Part shown: positions 1 through 10,178 of the stretch, piece after piece
How the letters are laid out: every line of letters begins with the position of its first letter
Numbering within the stretch: position 1 is the stretch's first letter
IMG/VR virus record: IMGVR_UViG_3300011115_000472
Span: 1-58,375 of that record
Direction: 5' to 3' (one strand)
Length of the DNA stretch: 58,375 bases
Source: a virus
Taxonomy: Duplodnaviria > Caudoviricetes
Notes under the pieces: model-generated
Seen by the model: the letters and a program-made list of their open reading frames with translations, nothing else
Told to the model about the DNA's origin: nothing
Databases searched by the model: none
Program-made: the position numbers and the translations under genes

Positions 1-127
1 CAGTAGGAATGTCGTCTTCTTCGGTGACGGGATCTTCGTCTTCGTCAGAAACGCACATGCTCCCATTCCAATGGAATCCTTCTGCGCAAACAGGTTCTTC
101 CTCTTCAACAACAGGTTCTTCCTCTTC
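1..127. repeat. Terminal overlap identical to 58249-58375 (circular assembly)
   Basis: Exact 127-nt match, including ~89 nt of unique sequence; 127 is a common assembler k-mer size. Confidence 0.97.
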
Positions 128-3100
128 AACAACAGGTTCTTCCTCTTCGACAACAGGCTCTTCTTCTTCGACAACAGGCTCTTCTTCTTCAACAACAGGC
201 TCTTCCTCTTCTGCCTCTTCCTCAACAACAGGCGTTTCAGTTACAGGTAGGCCACCAGTAATTGGCTCTTCTGTTTCTTCTTGCTCTTCTTCTTTGACAA
301 CAGGGTCAACAGGATCAACTCGGTCTATGCCATCTTCGCCGTCATCAATAACAACAGGATCTTTGACCACAGGTTCTTGAACAATGGGCTCTTCGGTATA
401 AGGCTCTTCACGATAAGAAATTGACCCATCAGAGTACGTGTCTTTATACATGCCATAACCAAGCGGCTCTGAAGACACAAGGGCTGGCTCTTTTGGCGTG
501 TCAGTCACAGGTGGCTCTTCTGTTTCAACTAAAGGCGGCTCAACTGGTTTTTCAACGACAGGTTCTTCAGGAGGATTGACAGGCAATGGGCTTACTGTCT
601 CTTGAGAAGGAGTTTCAACCGTAGGCAATCCGCCCGTAGTTGGAACTTCTTCTACTGGCTCTGGCACAACAGGCTTTTCAACAGGCGGCGGAACAACTTC
701 GACAGGTTTTTCGGCAGGCGTTTCTACCACGGGCAACCCGCCAACAGGTTCAGTTGTGGCAGGTGGCTGTACAGGTTCTGTAACAGGCAAGCCACCCGTA
801 GGCGGCTGTACCACTTCAACAGGCGGCTCTACAGGCGGCTCTACAGGCGTTGTTACGGGCGTTGTTACAGGCAGTCCGCCCGTAGTTGTTTGCTCTGGTG
901 GAGTAACTGGTGCCGCAGGCTCTTCAACTTTAGTGAGTGGAGGCGCAACTACTTGTGGCGGTTCTTCTGCGGGTGGTGTAGTCGTGGGCAGGCCACCAGC
1001 AGGCTGTTCTTGTTTTACCTCTTCTGTGGGCGTAGTCACAGGCAAGCCGCCAGCAGGTTGCTCTGGCTGTACTGGGACTACTTCCGCAGGAGTTGGTGTT
1101 ACCTCTGGCTCTGTCTTAGTAACGGGAAGGGCACCTGCGTCTGACGGCTGTGTGCCTGTAGGCGCATTTGTGTCCGTGCCAATAGATGTGCCGCCAGTAG
1201 TACCGCCTAAACCCGTACTTGTGTCTGTAGACGTCTCTGTGTCTTCTTGTTTATCCAATGAGGTAAACGAATAACCATCGCTACCCATCATCCAATAACC
1301 ATTGTTGGCCGCATCAACCCAAACACCACGATCCGCGTTCCATACAGCACCACGGTCTGGTGGGAATACTTTGCTTACAGTACCGCTAGTCAAACCAGTG
1401 TTTGGCAACGTACCATCGTTAGACGCAACGTCCGTCCCTTTGTAATCTGCCGCTATATCCACACCAGTCTTGTACTTGTCCATGATGTCTTTGACATCGT
1501 CTGGTGCAAGTGGGTTAAATGTTGTTGCTGGATTTTCCAATACCTGTACAACAGGATTTGGGTTCAATACTTGAACAACAGGGTTGTTGGCCAACTTGTC
1601 TTCCGCCGCTTTATCGGCCACCAGTTTGTCAGCCGCCGCTTGGTCAGCCACCAGTTTGTCCGCCGCGGCTTGATCAGCCGTTGCCTTGTCAGCTAACCTA
1701 ACAATTTCTGCTTGGCGCGTTTCTTCTGCAAGACGTGTTTGTTCAACTTCTGCAAGGCGTTTCTGTTCAATATCTGCAAGACGTGTCTGCTCGGCCTCTG
1801 CGGCAATCCTATCCTCATCTGCTTTTCTAACAATTTCCGCCTGACGAGTTGCTTCTTCTTGAGCTTCTCTTAATGCTTTTTCTGCCTTTACCTGATCAGC
1901 GACTTGTTGCGCTTGTTTAGCGGCTTCGGCAATTTCAAATTGTTTTTTGGCTTCAGCAATAGCCGCCGCTTGTGCAATTTCAGCATCTGCTTTAATTTGT
2001 GCCTGACGATCAACTTCTTCTTGAGCCAATTTAGCTTCGTCTGCCGCTTTTTGTGCCGCAACTTTGTCTAACTCTGCTTGTGCTTTAGCGTCAGCTTCAG
2101 CCTTGGCGTCCGCTTCCGCTTTGGCTTGAGTTTCTGCCTGAGCCCTTGCCTCAGCGTCTGCCTTTGTTCTAGCCTCTTCTTCTACTCTGGCTTGCTCTTG
2201 CGCTTGTTGTTCAGCAAATGCTTTGGCGTCAGCTAATTCTTTTTCCCGCACAATTTGCTCTTCAGCCAAACGCTTTGCTTCCGCATCTGCAACGATGCGC
2301 GCTTCTTCAGCTTTCTTAGCAATAAGTGCTTGGCGATCAGATTCTTCTTTAGCCGCCTGCGCCGCCGCCTCTGCCCTTGCTTGATCCTCTGCCTCTTTGG
2401 CGCGACGAGCGGCTTCGGCAAGTTCAGTTTGACGTTTTGCTTCTGCGTCAGCGGCGGCTTTTGCGGCGTCCGCATCCGCTTTAATTTGCGCCTGTCTGTC
2501 AGCTTCTTCTTGAGCCACCTTGGCGTCCTCTGCCGCCTTTTGTGCCGCCGCGTTAGCTTCGTCTGTTGCTTTTTGCGCCGCTATTCTGTCTGCTTCTGCT
2601 TTATCTGCCGCGGCTTGGTCAGCTACCAGCTTATCAGCCGCGGCTTGATCAGCAATTGCCTTATCAGCGGCCAATTTATCTTCAGCGGCTTTATCTTCCG
2701 CCAATTTCTTTTCTGTGGCAATTTTTTCTGCGGCAAGACGAGTTTGTTCAGCTTCTGCGGCAAGCCTGTCTTCTTCTTCTTTCCTGACAATTTCCGCTTG
2801 ACGAGCTTGTTCGGCTTCTACAATACGTTTTTGTTCGGCTTCTGAAGCAATTCTGTCTTCTTCTGCTTTTCTAGAAATTTCTGCCTGACGAGTTGCCTCC
2901 TCTTGGGCCGCTTTTACCGCCGCCTCCGCTTTTACTTGATCAGCAACTTGTTGTGCTTTTTCAGCGGCTTCGGCAATTTCAGCTTGCTTTTTAGCCTCGG
3001 CAATAGCCGCCGCCGCCTGCGCATCTGCTTGTATTTTAATTTGCTCTTGACGATATGCTTGCGCTCTGGCCGTGTTAGCGGCATCCATTGCTGTCCACGC

Positions 3101-5635
3101 CGCTAATTTTTCATCTGCCGCTTTTTTCGCCGCTATTTTTTCTTCTTCTATTTTGCCAAGATAACTTTTATATTCATCAAAATCTTTTACGTTACCACCT
3201 TGTTGTATGAATTTATCAATATCTTTTGTTGCATAACTAAGACCACCCCTCCAAGCCTTATTAGCCAAATCAGTTCTAGCAACAGACAACTCGTATGCAG
3301 TTAGATTTGCTTGATTTGCTTTGGCTTTGGCTTCGTCTGCGGCTTGTTTTTGAGCCGCCGCCGCCAAGGCTTCTGGTGTTGATGCTAAATCTGCGGCTTC
3401 TTTAATTTTTGCTAAACGATCTTCTTCTGCTTTAGCCGCCTTGGCATCAGCAATCGTTTGTTGCTCCGCTAATTTTTCATTATTTACAAAATCTTTGTAT
3501 GCATTAAAACCATAACCGTTACCCTGAGCAATAAACTTGTCAATTTTTGCTATATCTAATATGCCACTCATGGCGGCAGAACTAATTAAATTATTTCTGC
3601 CATCAATAGCTTCTTGTTTTTTATACGCATCTAAATCACCGTTATATTTTTGGTAATTATAAAGATCTGGAAATCCTGCGGTTTTTGCTTTTTCTTCATT
3701 AGTTGCGTTTGTAGCTTTTTCTTGCAAAGCTCTATCAGCATAGTATGCGGCTTGATCACCACCGTACTTGTTATATGTTGCTAAATCAGGAAACCCATAA
3801 TTCAAAGCATTACTTGTGTCTATTGCTAATTGTTTTTTTGCAACGACTTCTGGGGCATCTATAGATTTCCAATTTTCTGCATAATAATTTTGGTAATTCC
3901 ACCCATACTTTATGGCAGTTTCAGAATCAGGAAAACCTCGTTCTTTGGCTATTGGATCGTAATATGCTTTATCAGAGGCTTCTTTTTGAACTCTTGCGTC
4001 TTCTGCATTTTTTTCTGCAATTGCTTTTTGTTCATTGGCGTATAAGTCAGATCGTGCATACTCATCCCAACTACCAAATCCTCTTTGTTTGCGCGCATAA
4101 AAACGCAAGGGATCTTCTCCTTTTGATCCCGCGTCTTGCAAATCATCAAAGTTTTTAAATCCTGCATCAGTAGCTTTTTGGTAATTTGTCCAATCTGTTT
4201 TATTGGTGATGCCGTTTAATTCTGCATCTTGTTTTTCAGATGCATTTTTCCAGCCATCTTGCCAAGCGTAATAGTCAGCGCCATTTTTAATATTTTTATT
4301 AAAAGAACCTTGTTCATCGCCTAGTAGCTTATCTGCGTAAGATTTGTATCCTTCATTAACAGCACTAAGTTCTTTATCAATTCTTATTTGTTCTTTTTCA
4401 ATGATTTCTTCTAATGCTTGATTACTAATTGAGTCGGCCAGTTCCTCAGCATTTTTTTCAAGCGCATCACGATATGACACCAAATCTTTTACGTTATCCT
4501 CAACCAACAAATTGGTATTGTCATTAATATCAGAAATTTGTTTATTTAAATCTGATAATTTAATAGTAAAATCTTTTTCATAATTTTCAGATGCTGTTTT
4601 AAGTTCACCAGCAATATCTTCGTATAAAGATTTTGCAGTGTCTACGTATTTTTTAGAAGATTCTATATATGGTATTAATTCTTCAAGATTTTTGGCACTG
4701 CCTGTAGCCCAAAGATAATCCGATTGATTTGGGTTTGCTTCGTAAGCTGATTTATGAAAATTGTAATTTTTATATTCAGTTTCAAATTTGTTTTGCCAAA
4801 AGTTGTAGGTATTTATTTGTTTACTATAATGATTGTATGCATTAGTTACTTTTTCAAGTACGGGTTTGTAATCATAATAATAAGTGTCAGAAGCGTCTTT
4901 ATACAATTTGCTGGCTTGTTTAGTTAACGATTGCCCCAATTCATTGTTTTTATTTATTTGATCTGCACGACCAGATATGGCCGCTTGCAATGATGTAGTT
5001 ACTACAGAATTGGTAATTGCATACGCTATATCTTTACCAGACATGATTGCGGAAGTGGCGCTACTTACGGCACCCCTAATCAATTGATTGTCTACTGCGG
5101 TGTATCCCTTATCTGTTAACCCAGAGCTAACATAACTAGACACGGCTCCTTGAACACCTGCCGCAATTATTTTGTCGAGGCTACCGCCGCGAAGTGCCGC
5201 AATTGCGGCTGACCCAGACGAACTAATAATTACTTCTTTTATAGTTGCCTGCATTGCCGCTGGCATTTGCGCAAATGAAGCGGAAGTTCCTGCGCCTACT
5301 GCATCACCTATTTTTCCGCCTGCATATGATGCCGCCATTGAAAGAGCAATGTCTTCCATCTTTCCGCCATTGGCGGCTGTTACTGCGGCACTGGCTATCG
5401 TGGCGGCATATTGCTCTGATGCAATTGCCAACCCTTCTGGGCCAAGAAAATACGTTAACGCTACCGTTGCAATGACTGGTAATGGATCGCGAATGATTGC
5501 GTCTAGCGCTTTATTGGCGCTAGTGGCAATACTTTCAATACCCTTGCCTAATGACGTAACGGTATGTGCCCCTGCGTCCCAAGTATCTTGTACGGCTTTC
5601 CCGGCATTGTTTAGTTCTTGTTCTGGGTTAGACAT
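1..5635 (-). CDS. Giant (~2216 aa) putative internal virion/ejection protein, N-terminal part; continues through the circular junction to 57233
   Basis: ATG at 5635 overlaps the stop of the upstream gene (MSNPEQELNNAGKAVQ...). Read by eye and frame-checked at 4804, 3424, 1624 and 4; it joins in frame to DDGGIKIP of ORF 57233..58306. Absent from the track because it has no stop before the window edge. Confidence 0.88.
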   Translation of the reverse strand, partial: MSNPEQELNNAGKAVQDTWDAGAHTVTSLGKGIESIATSANKALDAIIRDPLPVIATVALTYFLGPEGLAIASEQYAATIASAAVTAANGGKMEDIALSMAASYAGGKIGDAVGAGTSASFAQMPAAMQATIKEVIISSSGSAAIAALRGGSLDKIIAAGVQGAVSSYVSSGLTDKGYTAVDNQLIRGAVSSATSAIMSGKDIAYAITNSVVTTSLQAAISGRADQINKNNELGQSLTKQASKLYKDASDTYYYDYKPVLEKVTNAYNHYSKQINTYNFWQNKFETEYKNYNFHKSAYEANPNQSDYLWATGSAKNLEELIPYIESSKKYVDTAKSLYEDIAGELKTASENYEKDFTIKLSDLNKQISDINDNTNLLVEDNVKDLVSYRDALEKNAEELADSISNQALEEIIEKEQIRIDKELSAVNEGYKSYADKLLGDEQGSFNKNIKNGADYYAWQDGWKNASEKQDAELNGITNKTDWTNYQKATDAGFKNFDDLQDAGSKGEDPLRFYARKQRGFGSWDEYARSDLYANEQKAIAEKNAEDARVQKEASDKAYYDPIAKERGFPDSETAIKYGWNYQNYYAENWKSIDAPEVVAKKQLAIDTSNALNYGFPDLATYNKYGGDQAAYYADRALQEKATNATNEEKAKTAGFPDLYNYQKYNGDLDAYKKQEAIDGRNNLISSAAMSGILDIAKIDKFIAQGNGYGFNAYKDFVNNEKLAEQQTIADAKAAKAEEDRLAKIKEAADLASTPEALAAAAQKQAADEAKAKANQANLTAYELSVARTDLANKAWRGGLSYATKDIDKFIQQGGNVKDFDEYKSYLGKIEEEKIAAKKAADEKLAAWTAMDAANTARAQAYRQEQIKIQADAQAAAAIAEAKKQAEIAEAAEKAQQVADQVKAEAAVKAAQEEATRQAEISRKAEEDRIASEAEQKRIVEAEQARQAEIVRKEEEDRLAAEAEQTRLAAEKIATEKKLAEDKAAEDKLAADKAIADQAAADKLVADQAAADKAEADRIAAQKATDEANAAAQKAAEDAKVAQEEADRQAQIKADADAAKAAADAEAKRQTELAEAARRAKEAEDQARAEAAAQAAKEESDRQALIAKKAEEARIVADAEAKRLAEEQIVREKELADAKAFAEQQAQEQARVEEEARTKADAEARAQAETQAKAEADAKAEADAKAQAELDKVAAQKAADEAKLAQEEVDRQAQIKADAEIAQAAAIAEAKKQFEIAEAAKQAQQVADQVKAEKALREAQEEATRQAEIVRKADEDRIAAEAEQTRLADIEQKRLAEVEQTRLAEETRQAEIVRLADKATADQAAADKLVADQAAADKLVADKAAEDKLANNPVVQVLNPNPVVQVLENPATTFNPLAPDDVKDIMDKYKTGVDIAADYKGTDVASNDGTLPNTGLTSGTVSKVFPPDRGAVWNADRGVWVDAANNGYWMMGSDGYSFTSLDKQEDTETSTDTSTGLGGTTGGTSIGTDTNAPTGTQPSDAGALPVTKTEPEVTPTPAEVVPVQPEQPAGGLPVTTPTEEVKQEQPAGGLPTTTPPAEEPPQVVAPPLTKVEEPAAPVTPPEQTTTGGLPVTTPVTTPVEPPVEPPVEVVQPPTGGLPVTEPVQPPATTEPVGGLPVVETPAEKPVEVVPPPVEKPVVPEPVEEVPTTGGLPTVETPSQETVSPLPVNPPEEPVVEKPVEPPLVETEEPPVTDTPKEPALVSSEPLGYGMYKDTYSDGSISYREEPYTEEPIVQEPVVKDPVVIDDGEDGIDRVDPVDPVVKEEEQEETEEPITGGLPVTETPVVEEEAEEEEPVVEEEEPVVEEEEPVVEEEEPVVEEEEPVVEEEEPVCAEGFHWNGSMCVSDEDEDPVTEEDDIPT
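90..210. repeat. 21-nt tandem repeat (~6 copies) encoding EEEEPVV
   Basis: ACAGG(T/C)TCTTC(C/T)TCTTC(A/G)ACA units. Confidence 0.9.
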
Positions 5636-6032
5636 TTACCGTACCCCTGTACTGCGTAATCCCATCTTGGTCAACGCCTAAGTTTTCTATCTTGATGGGA
5701 TAGCCAAACCGTTCAATTAATTGCAATGTAGGCAAGTTATCTGTTTTGCCAGTAACACTTGTATATCCCGCCAACTTCATTGCTTTTGCAAACTCTCGAA
5801 AATTGCGCGCAAATTTGTTGGGTGGGTCAGCGTTGAACATGGCAACTTCTGCTTGATGAGGCGCTTTGATAAAAATAATAAACAACGAATTTCCAGAGCG
5901 CATCATGCGGCAAGTATTTGTCTTTAGCAAGGACGCCGTTTGCGCGTACACTTTTTTCCAATCATGCCCAAATCTGTTAATTTCTGGACATTTTTGAAAT
6001 ATCTCTTGCGTAGTCATTTCTTTTTTATCCAT
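5628..6032 (-). CDS. Hypothetical virion assembly protein, possibly GNAT-like
   Basis: 134 aa, tightly packed in the operon; lies after the nozzle gene like P22 gp14/T7 gp13; fold is inference. Confidence 0.6.
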   Translation of the reverse strand: MDKKEMTTQEIFQKCPEINRFGHDWKKVYAQTASLLKTNTCRMMRSGNSLFIIFIKAPHQAEVAMFNADPPNKFARNFREFAKAMKLAGYTSVTGKTDNLPTLQLIERFGYPIKIENLGVDQDGITQYRGTVNV

Positions 6033-6035
6033 GAT

Positions 6036-6269
6036 TTACGCCTGTAAATTCATTATGCCAACCATTTGCTGAGCCCAATCTTGCCAATTGTCAAACAATC
6101 TTTGATCTGGAATAGCGGATTGTGCAAAGAAGCCAATGCCGTTCATTCCATCTACCCAGTCCCTCCAGCGCTCCTCTGGCACTGTACCAATATCGTTGGC
6201 TGAAAACAATTCAGCCATCAAATTGCAGTACAGGGGCCACTCCATGTCGCGTGGGTCATAAACTATCAT
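6036..6269 (-). CDS. Hypothetical Trp-rich protein
   Basis: 77 aa; ATGA overlap with the upstream gene. Confidence 0.75.
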   Translation of the reverse strand: MIVYDPRDMEWPLYCNLMAELFSANDIGTVPEERWRDWVDGMNGIGFFAQSAIPDQRLFDNWQDWAQQMVGIMNLQA

Positions 6270-8305
6270 GGGTTGCCAGTTCCGCGAACGTCGCCAGTAT
6301 CAAGGCTCAATAGCACCTTACCCATAAAGTAATCTCCATTGAACGTATTTGATCCAAAACGCAAGCGCATTTGACGTCTTTGCTCCCTCATGTCCACTTT
6401 CAAAGTGTCTGGGTCAAAATAGTACGGGTCAGATGGATTGTCTATATCGTCCGCATAGCCCTTACCAGTCACGACCAAATACATTTCACCCGACTGCACA
6501 AAGTCAGGCTCTACACGCTCACAGCGCGTCCACAAGTTATCACCTGCTTGCTGAGTCGATCCAACCAAACCTGAATACGAGCCAAGTGCAGGCGTCTCAA
6601 AGTATGAGTCTATTGCGTTAACAAAGTTGAGGTAGATTGAGTTGGTGCCCGTCTCGTGTTGCCACAAGGTATAGGTGCCAACAGTGTTTTCCTCGTTGCC
6701 AGCCCAAATTGGGTGTGGAAAAACTTCAGAGAATACGCCCGCAGAACGGTAAGAGCCGGGAGACTGGCCAGCGTCGTACCACGTCTTTTCCCTTACGTTG
6801 TAGATGATCGCGTCATTGCACTCCGTTGCATCACCGCGTGGGTAGAAAAACCAAATCTCACCCCACCGCGGAACTTTGCTTACCCAAACTTTTTGACGTT
6901 GCACATAGTTCAAGTTGTCAAAGAACCAATTCATGTTCTGCGTGTTTGGCACTTCTTGCACAACACCGTTGTACATCAAGAATCTATCAGTACCAATCCA
7001 GTAGAAAATACCGTCATACTCAATTACGCACGACGATGACATGATCGAGCTTTGGCTTGTAATCAGGTCATACTTCCAAAAATAGTTGATGCCGTTTACA
7101 GTTGATGGCGCGTAAGTGACCCGTACCACGGAATCCGTAGTCCAAAACAGACCTGCCGGCGATGTTGTGCCGCCACGCAATGGCAGTCCCCTGATTACCT
7201 TACCAGTTGATATGTTGGTGGCGTTAGAGTCTGCGCTTGTCCAATTGTTGAAATCCCCAGCAGAACAATTTTGAATCAACCCATAGTTGCCGTACACAAA
7301 CAAGTAGGGGTGAAGCACAACGACGCCACCCGATATCGAGATGTTGTTGTCGAAGGTCAACGTTACTGTTGCAGATGCTGTTGCCGCGTTACTTAAAAAC
7401 GCTGTCCAAAGCTGTGCTGTGGTTGATGCCAACGATGTGATTGATCCTAAAAATCCACTGCCAGTTCCGCCAATAGACGCCGCTGGAATACTGAATGTTT
7501 CTTGAGCAACAAAGTTTGCGCCGCCATTAGTGATGGTGACAGACGACACAACAGTGCCGCTTACAACTACTGTGGCCGCGGAGCCTGAGCTAATTCCATA
7601 TTCATCTACCAAAGCAACGCTTGTGTACGTCCCGTTGGTATAACCTGATCCAACGGTACTTATTGATACCGTACCAACTGGGCCATACGACAAAAGCTGT
7701 GACGCTGTTACGGTGGTGCTCACTGGGATGCCACTACCAGTAACCGTTACGCCTGCGCCTACAGCCGCAATGGTTGTGGCAAACCTAATCAACTTAGAGC
7801 CTGACACAGTGGTTGCAGAGGCTGTAAACACGCCAACTTCAGTGAGCGTAGTGTTTGGCCATGCACCTACCAAGGGCCTTGTGTTAACAGTAGAGGAAAT
7901 GTCATTAAGATTTTGACCGGGGTGCGCAATTAAATTATTTACACCAGCACCCGAAGAGTCATACCCAATGTCAAATTGCCATAAATTGTTGTCATTTGCG
8001 GTAAAGCCAGTCAACGTATAGTCCGTTGGGCCTGAGCCAATACCATCATCGTTATCAGTAACCCATTGCTGAAGTTTGTTGTTTGTGCCTGAAACAACGT
8101 AGTTCAACCCGTCTGTTGAATTCATTGTCATGCCACGAGAGATACCAGAGGCGTTCAAAAAGATGCCCCTATATCCACCCATCTTGCGCGGCAACGCGTT
8201 TTGAAAACGAACCCACTTTCCGTTTACATAGGAAGGGGCATTAAAAACGGTGCCATCCCGCTGGATGCCCGGTTTAATTTGTAGCGCAACAACCTTTGTT
8301 GTCAT
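6266..8305 (-). CDS. Tail nozzle/head-closure (P22 gp10-like, beta-propeller) protein
   Basis: 679 aa; N-terminal PGIQRDGT..KWVRF, C-terminal EIWFFYP..YNVREKTW; position before the ejection genes. Confidence 0.7.
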   Translation of the reverse strand: MTTKVVALQIKPGIQRDGTVFNAPSYVNGKWVRFQNALPRKMGGYRGIFLNASGISRGMTMNSTDGLNYVVSGTNNKLQQWVTDNDDGIGSGPTDYTLTGFTANDNNLWQFDIGYDSSGAGVNNLIAHPGQNLNDISSTVNTRPLVGAWPNTTLTEVGVFTASATTVSGSKLIRFATTIAAVGAGVTVTGSGIPVSTTVTASQLLSYGPVGTVSISTVGSGYTNGTYTSVALVDEYGISSGSAATVVVSGTVVSSVTITNGGANFVAQETFSIPAASIGGTGSGFLGSITSLASTTAQLWTAFLSNAATASATVTLTFDNNISISGGVVVLHPYLFVYGNYGLIQNCSAGDFNNWTSADSNATNISTGKVIRGLPLRGGTTSPAGLFWTTDSVVRVTYAPSTVNGINYFWKYDLITSQSSIMSSSCVIEYDGIFYWIGTDRFLMYNGVVQEVPNTQNMNWFFDNLNYVQRQKVWVSKVPRWGEIWFFYPRGDATECNDAIIYNVREKTWYDAGQSPGSYRSAGVFSEVFPHPIWAGNEENTVGTYTLWQHETGTNSIYLNFVNAIDSYFETPALGSYSGLVGSTQQAGDNLWTRCERVEPDFVQSGEMYLVVTGKGYADDIDNPSDPYYFDPDTLKVDMREQRRQMRLRFGSNTFNGDYFMGKVLLSLDTGDVRGTGNP

Positions 8306-9525
8306 GTAAACGTCCCACCAGCGATGCCCACTGGAATTGCAAATCCTGATGCTGACAATGTGGCCCTATTCACGCCCCCTGCTGTAAATCCTAGTTGGCC
8401 ACTAGCCGCCAAATACAAACCAGTATTTGCATCGCCAGCAAATAACAGCGATGGGGAGGCGGCAGAACCATTGCCCAAAGTCAAAGCCGTAATAGCACTT
8501 GATGTAGATGTTTGAGCGTTAAATACATTTGTTCCATCACAAATACCAATGATGGTTTGAGTTTGAGGCAAAACAACTGTAGTTGCACCAATAGCCGTTG
8601 TTTTAAACGTCAATGTAAATGCGCCAGTAGTACTGTTTTGCAATGAATACAATTGGACTGTGGATGGAAGAATAACAGTACAGTTTGACGTTAATACACC
8701 CGTATATGACTGGATGGTGCTAGAAGCCTCAACAACGCTCAAAGTAACTGTGCCGCCAGTAACTGCCTTACTTAACTGGGTATAAACAAATGTGGCTGAT
8801 TGTCCATAACCATACGTATTGAACCCACTCGAGCCATTAGAAACAATTACAAAAGACTCGGCTAATTGCAATTGTGCTTGTGCATTTCCATCGATGGTAT
8901 CAGTACCTGAAGGCGTAATGGTCAATATACCCGTACCGTTATTGCGAACCATTACAAACCAATTATTTCCAATAGTTGCTGAAGATGGCAACGTCATACT
9001 TCCAGCGCCTGATTGCCACACTAAAAATTGCGCCCTATCTGCATCTAACATTGCATAATTTGAAAATATGTCTGTTAGCGGATACGATTGATTTAAGGTT
9101 GAATTGACGGCAAGCAAACCATACCCGGCAAGCGCAGAAGCATTTGCCGCAGATGTGCCGGCACCAAAAGTTAAAGTTGACCAAGTTCCGTTTATTGTGT
9201 TGTTGTCCGTCAAGTAGATGTATTGGACAACTCCAGAGGCAATAGAAACAATTGTGTTGCCGCCTGTGTCAACTACCGTAAAAGTGTTAGCTCCAGCATT
9301 ACGAATAATGGCGCTTGTGCCCGTAGACACTTGAGTTGCGGGTGGCAAATACAGTTTTAAACTGCCAACCGTGGCCGTCACGTCAATTTGATTGGCTACA
9401 ACATCTGCCGTATTGCCATTAATAGGCCATTGCAGTACCGTATCAGTGCTGATGGTTAGCGCTTCATACCCAACCTGCGATGGGTTGATAGTTACGCCTG
9501 TGTAAGGATCTACGTATGTTGCCAT
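8302..9525 (-). CDS. Tail/virion structural protein
   Basis: 407 aa, Thr/Gly-rich beta protein with repeated LP..(S/A)..G...(I/V)RN.G units. Confidence 0.65.
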   Translation of the reverse strand: MATYVDPYTGVTINPSQVGYEALTISTDTVLQWPINGNTADVVANQIDVTATVGSLKLYLPPATQVSTGTSAIIRNAGANTFTVVDTGGNTIVSIASGVVQYIYLTDNNTINGTWSTLTFGAGTSAANASALAGYGLLAVNSTLNQSYPLTDIFSNYAMLDADRAQFLVWQSGAGSMTLPSSATIGNNWFVMVRNNGTGILTITPSGTDTIDGNAQAQLQLAESFVIVSNGSSGFNTYGYGQSATFVYTQLSKAVTGGTVTLSVVEASSTIQSYTGVLTSNCTVILPSTVQLYSLQNSTTGAFTLTFKTTAIGATTVVLPQTQTIIGICDGTNVFNAQTSTSSAITALTLGNGSAASPSLLFAGDANTGLYLAASGQLGFTAGGVNRATLSASGFAIPVGIAGGTFT

Positions 9526-9527
9526 GA

Positions 9528-10166
9528 TTAGGAGTCCACTGCTATTGCCTGACGATCACCAACACGAGCGACGTCTTCCGTCTTCAGTGCAGTGATCGAT
9601 TCGGTGTATTTTTGCTGAAAAATTGCACGCGCATCGTTTTTAAGAAACGGCATCGCTTGCAATAGGGTTCCGTACAGCATCGCATTGGGCGCGTACTGGG
9701 TAAGCCAATTGGTTTGATTAGTCGAGCTAAGGGGCGCTATACGCTCGTAGTACAGCACTTCAAAGCTGTATGCTTGATCTGGAGTAGGCGCAAAATACCA
9801 GTGCTGATAATCGGTGTCTGCGTAATACAAGGGCACATCCGTCAATGACGAGTTTGGCCAATAGTTCATCAAATACTCAAACTTGCGCAACAGCACTGGC
9901 TGTGTCGTTGTCCCAGTGTTAACCGTCATAGAGACTGTTTTTCGCCAGCGCGCAGGTTTGGCAAGAACTGGGTTACTTGCAGTCATGGTGGATGTGGCCA
10001 CCTGAAGTTGCCCTAAAGTTTTGATTTCCTGAGCAATTTCAAACTCAGCAAGGGTAATAAATGTGGGAATGGCGGCAATTGTTGCGGCGTCATTGCGTTC
10101 CAGATATTGCAGAACAATAGACGTCAAGCTGTCGTATGTCATCACCCATGATGGTGTCGTTGCCAT
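9528..10166 (-). CDS. Head-tail adaptor/tail tubular protein
   Basis: MTYDSL..IPTFITLAE..PTPDQAY..TNWL..LYGTL pattern typical of podovirus adaptor-like proteins. Confidence 0.65.
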   Translation of the reverse strand: MATTPSWVMTYDSLTSIVLQYLERNDAATIAAIPTFITLAEFEIAQEIKTLGQLQVATSTMTASNPVLAKPARWRKTVSMTVNTGTTTQPVLLRKFEYLMNYWPNSSLTDVPLYYADTDYQHWYFAPTPDQAYSFEVLYYERIAPLSSTNQTNWLTQYAPNAMLYGTLLQAMPFLKNDARAIFQQKYTESITALKTEDVARVGDRQAIAVDS

Positions 10167-10178
10167 TGCATTGTCCTT

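Noticed and set aside
1-127. Biological direct terminal repeat
   Set aside because: The length equals a common k-mer and it falls mid-gene; better explained as assembly overlap
90-210. CRISPR-like array
   Set aside because: Head-to-tail 21-mers with no spacers, encoding in-frame EEEEPVV
240-1150. GGLP repeats counted as the xxxGG motif
   Set aside because: Different context (P[AT]GGLP in a Pro-rich tract), lacking the aromatic/basic upstream residues; not counted
9-5927. Plus-strand ORFs (Ser/Thr-rich, Phe/Arg/Cys-rich)
   Set aside because: Antisense shadows of the repetitive giant minus-strand gene
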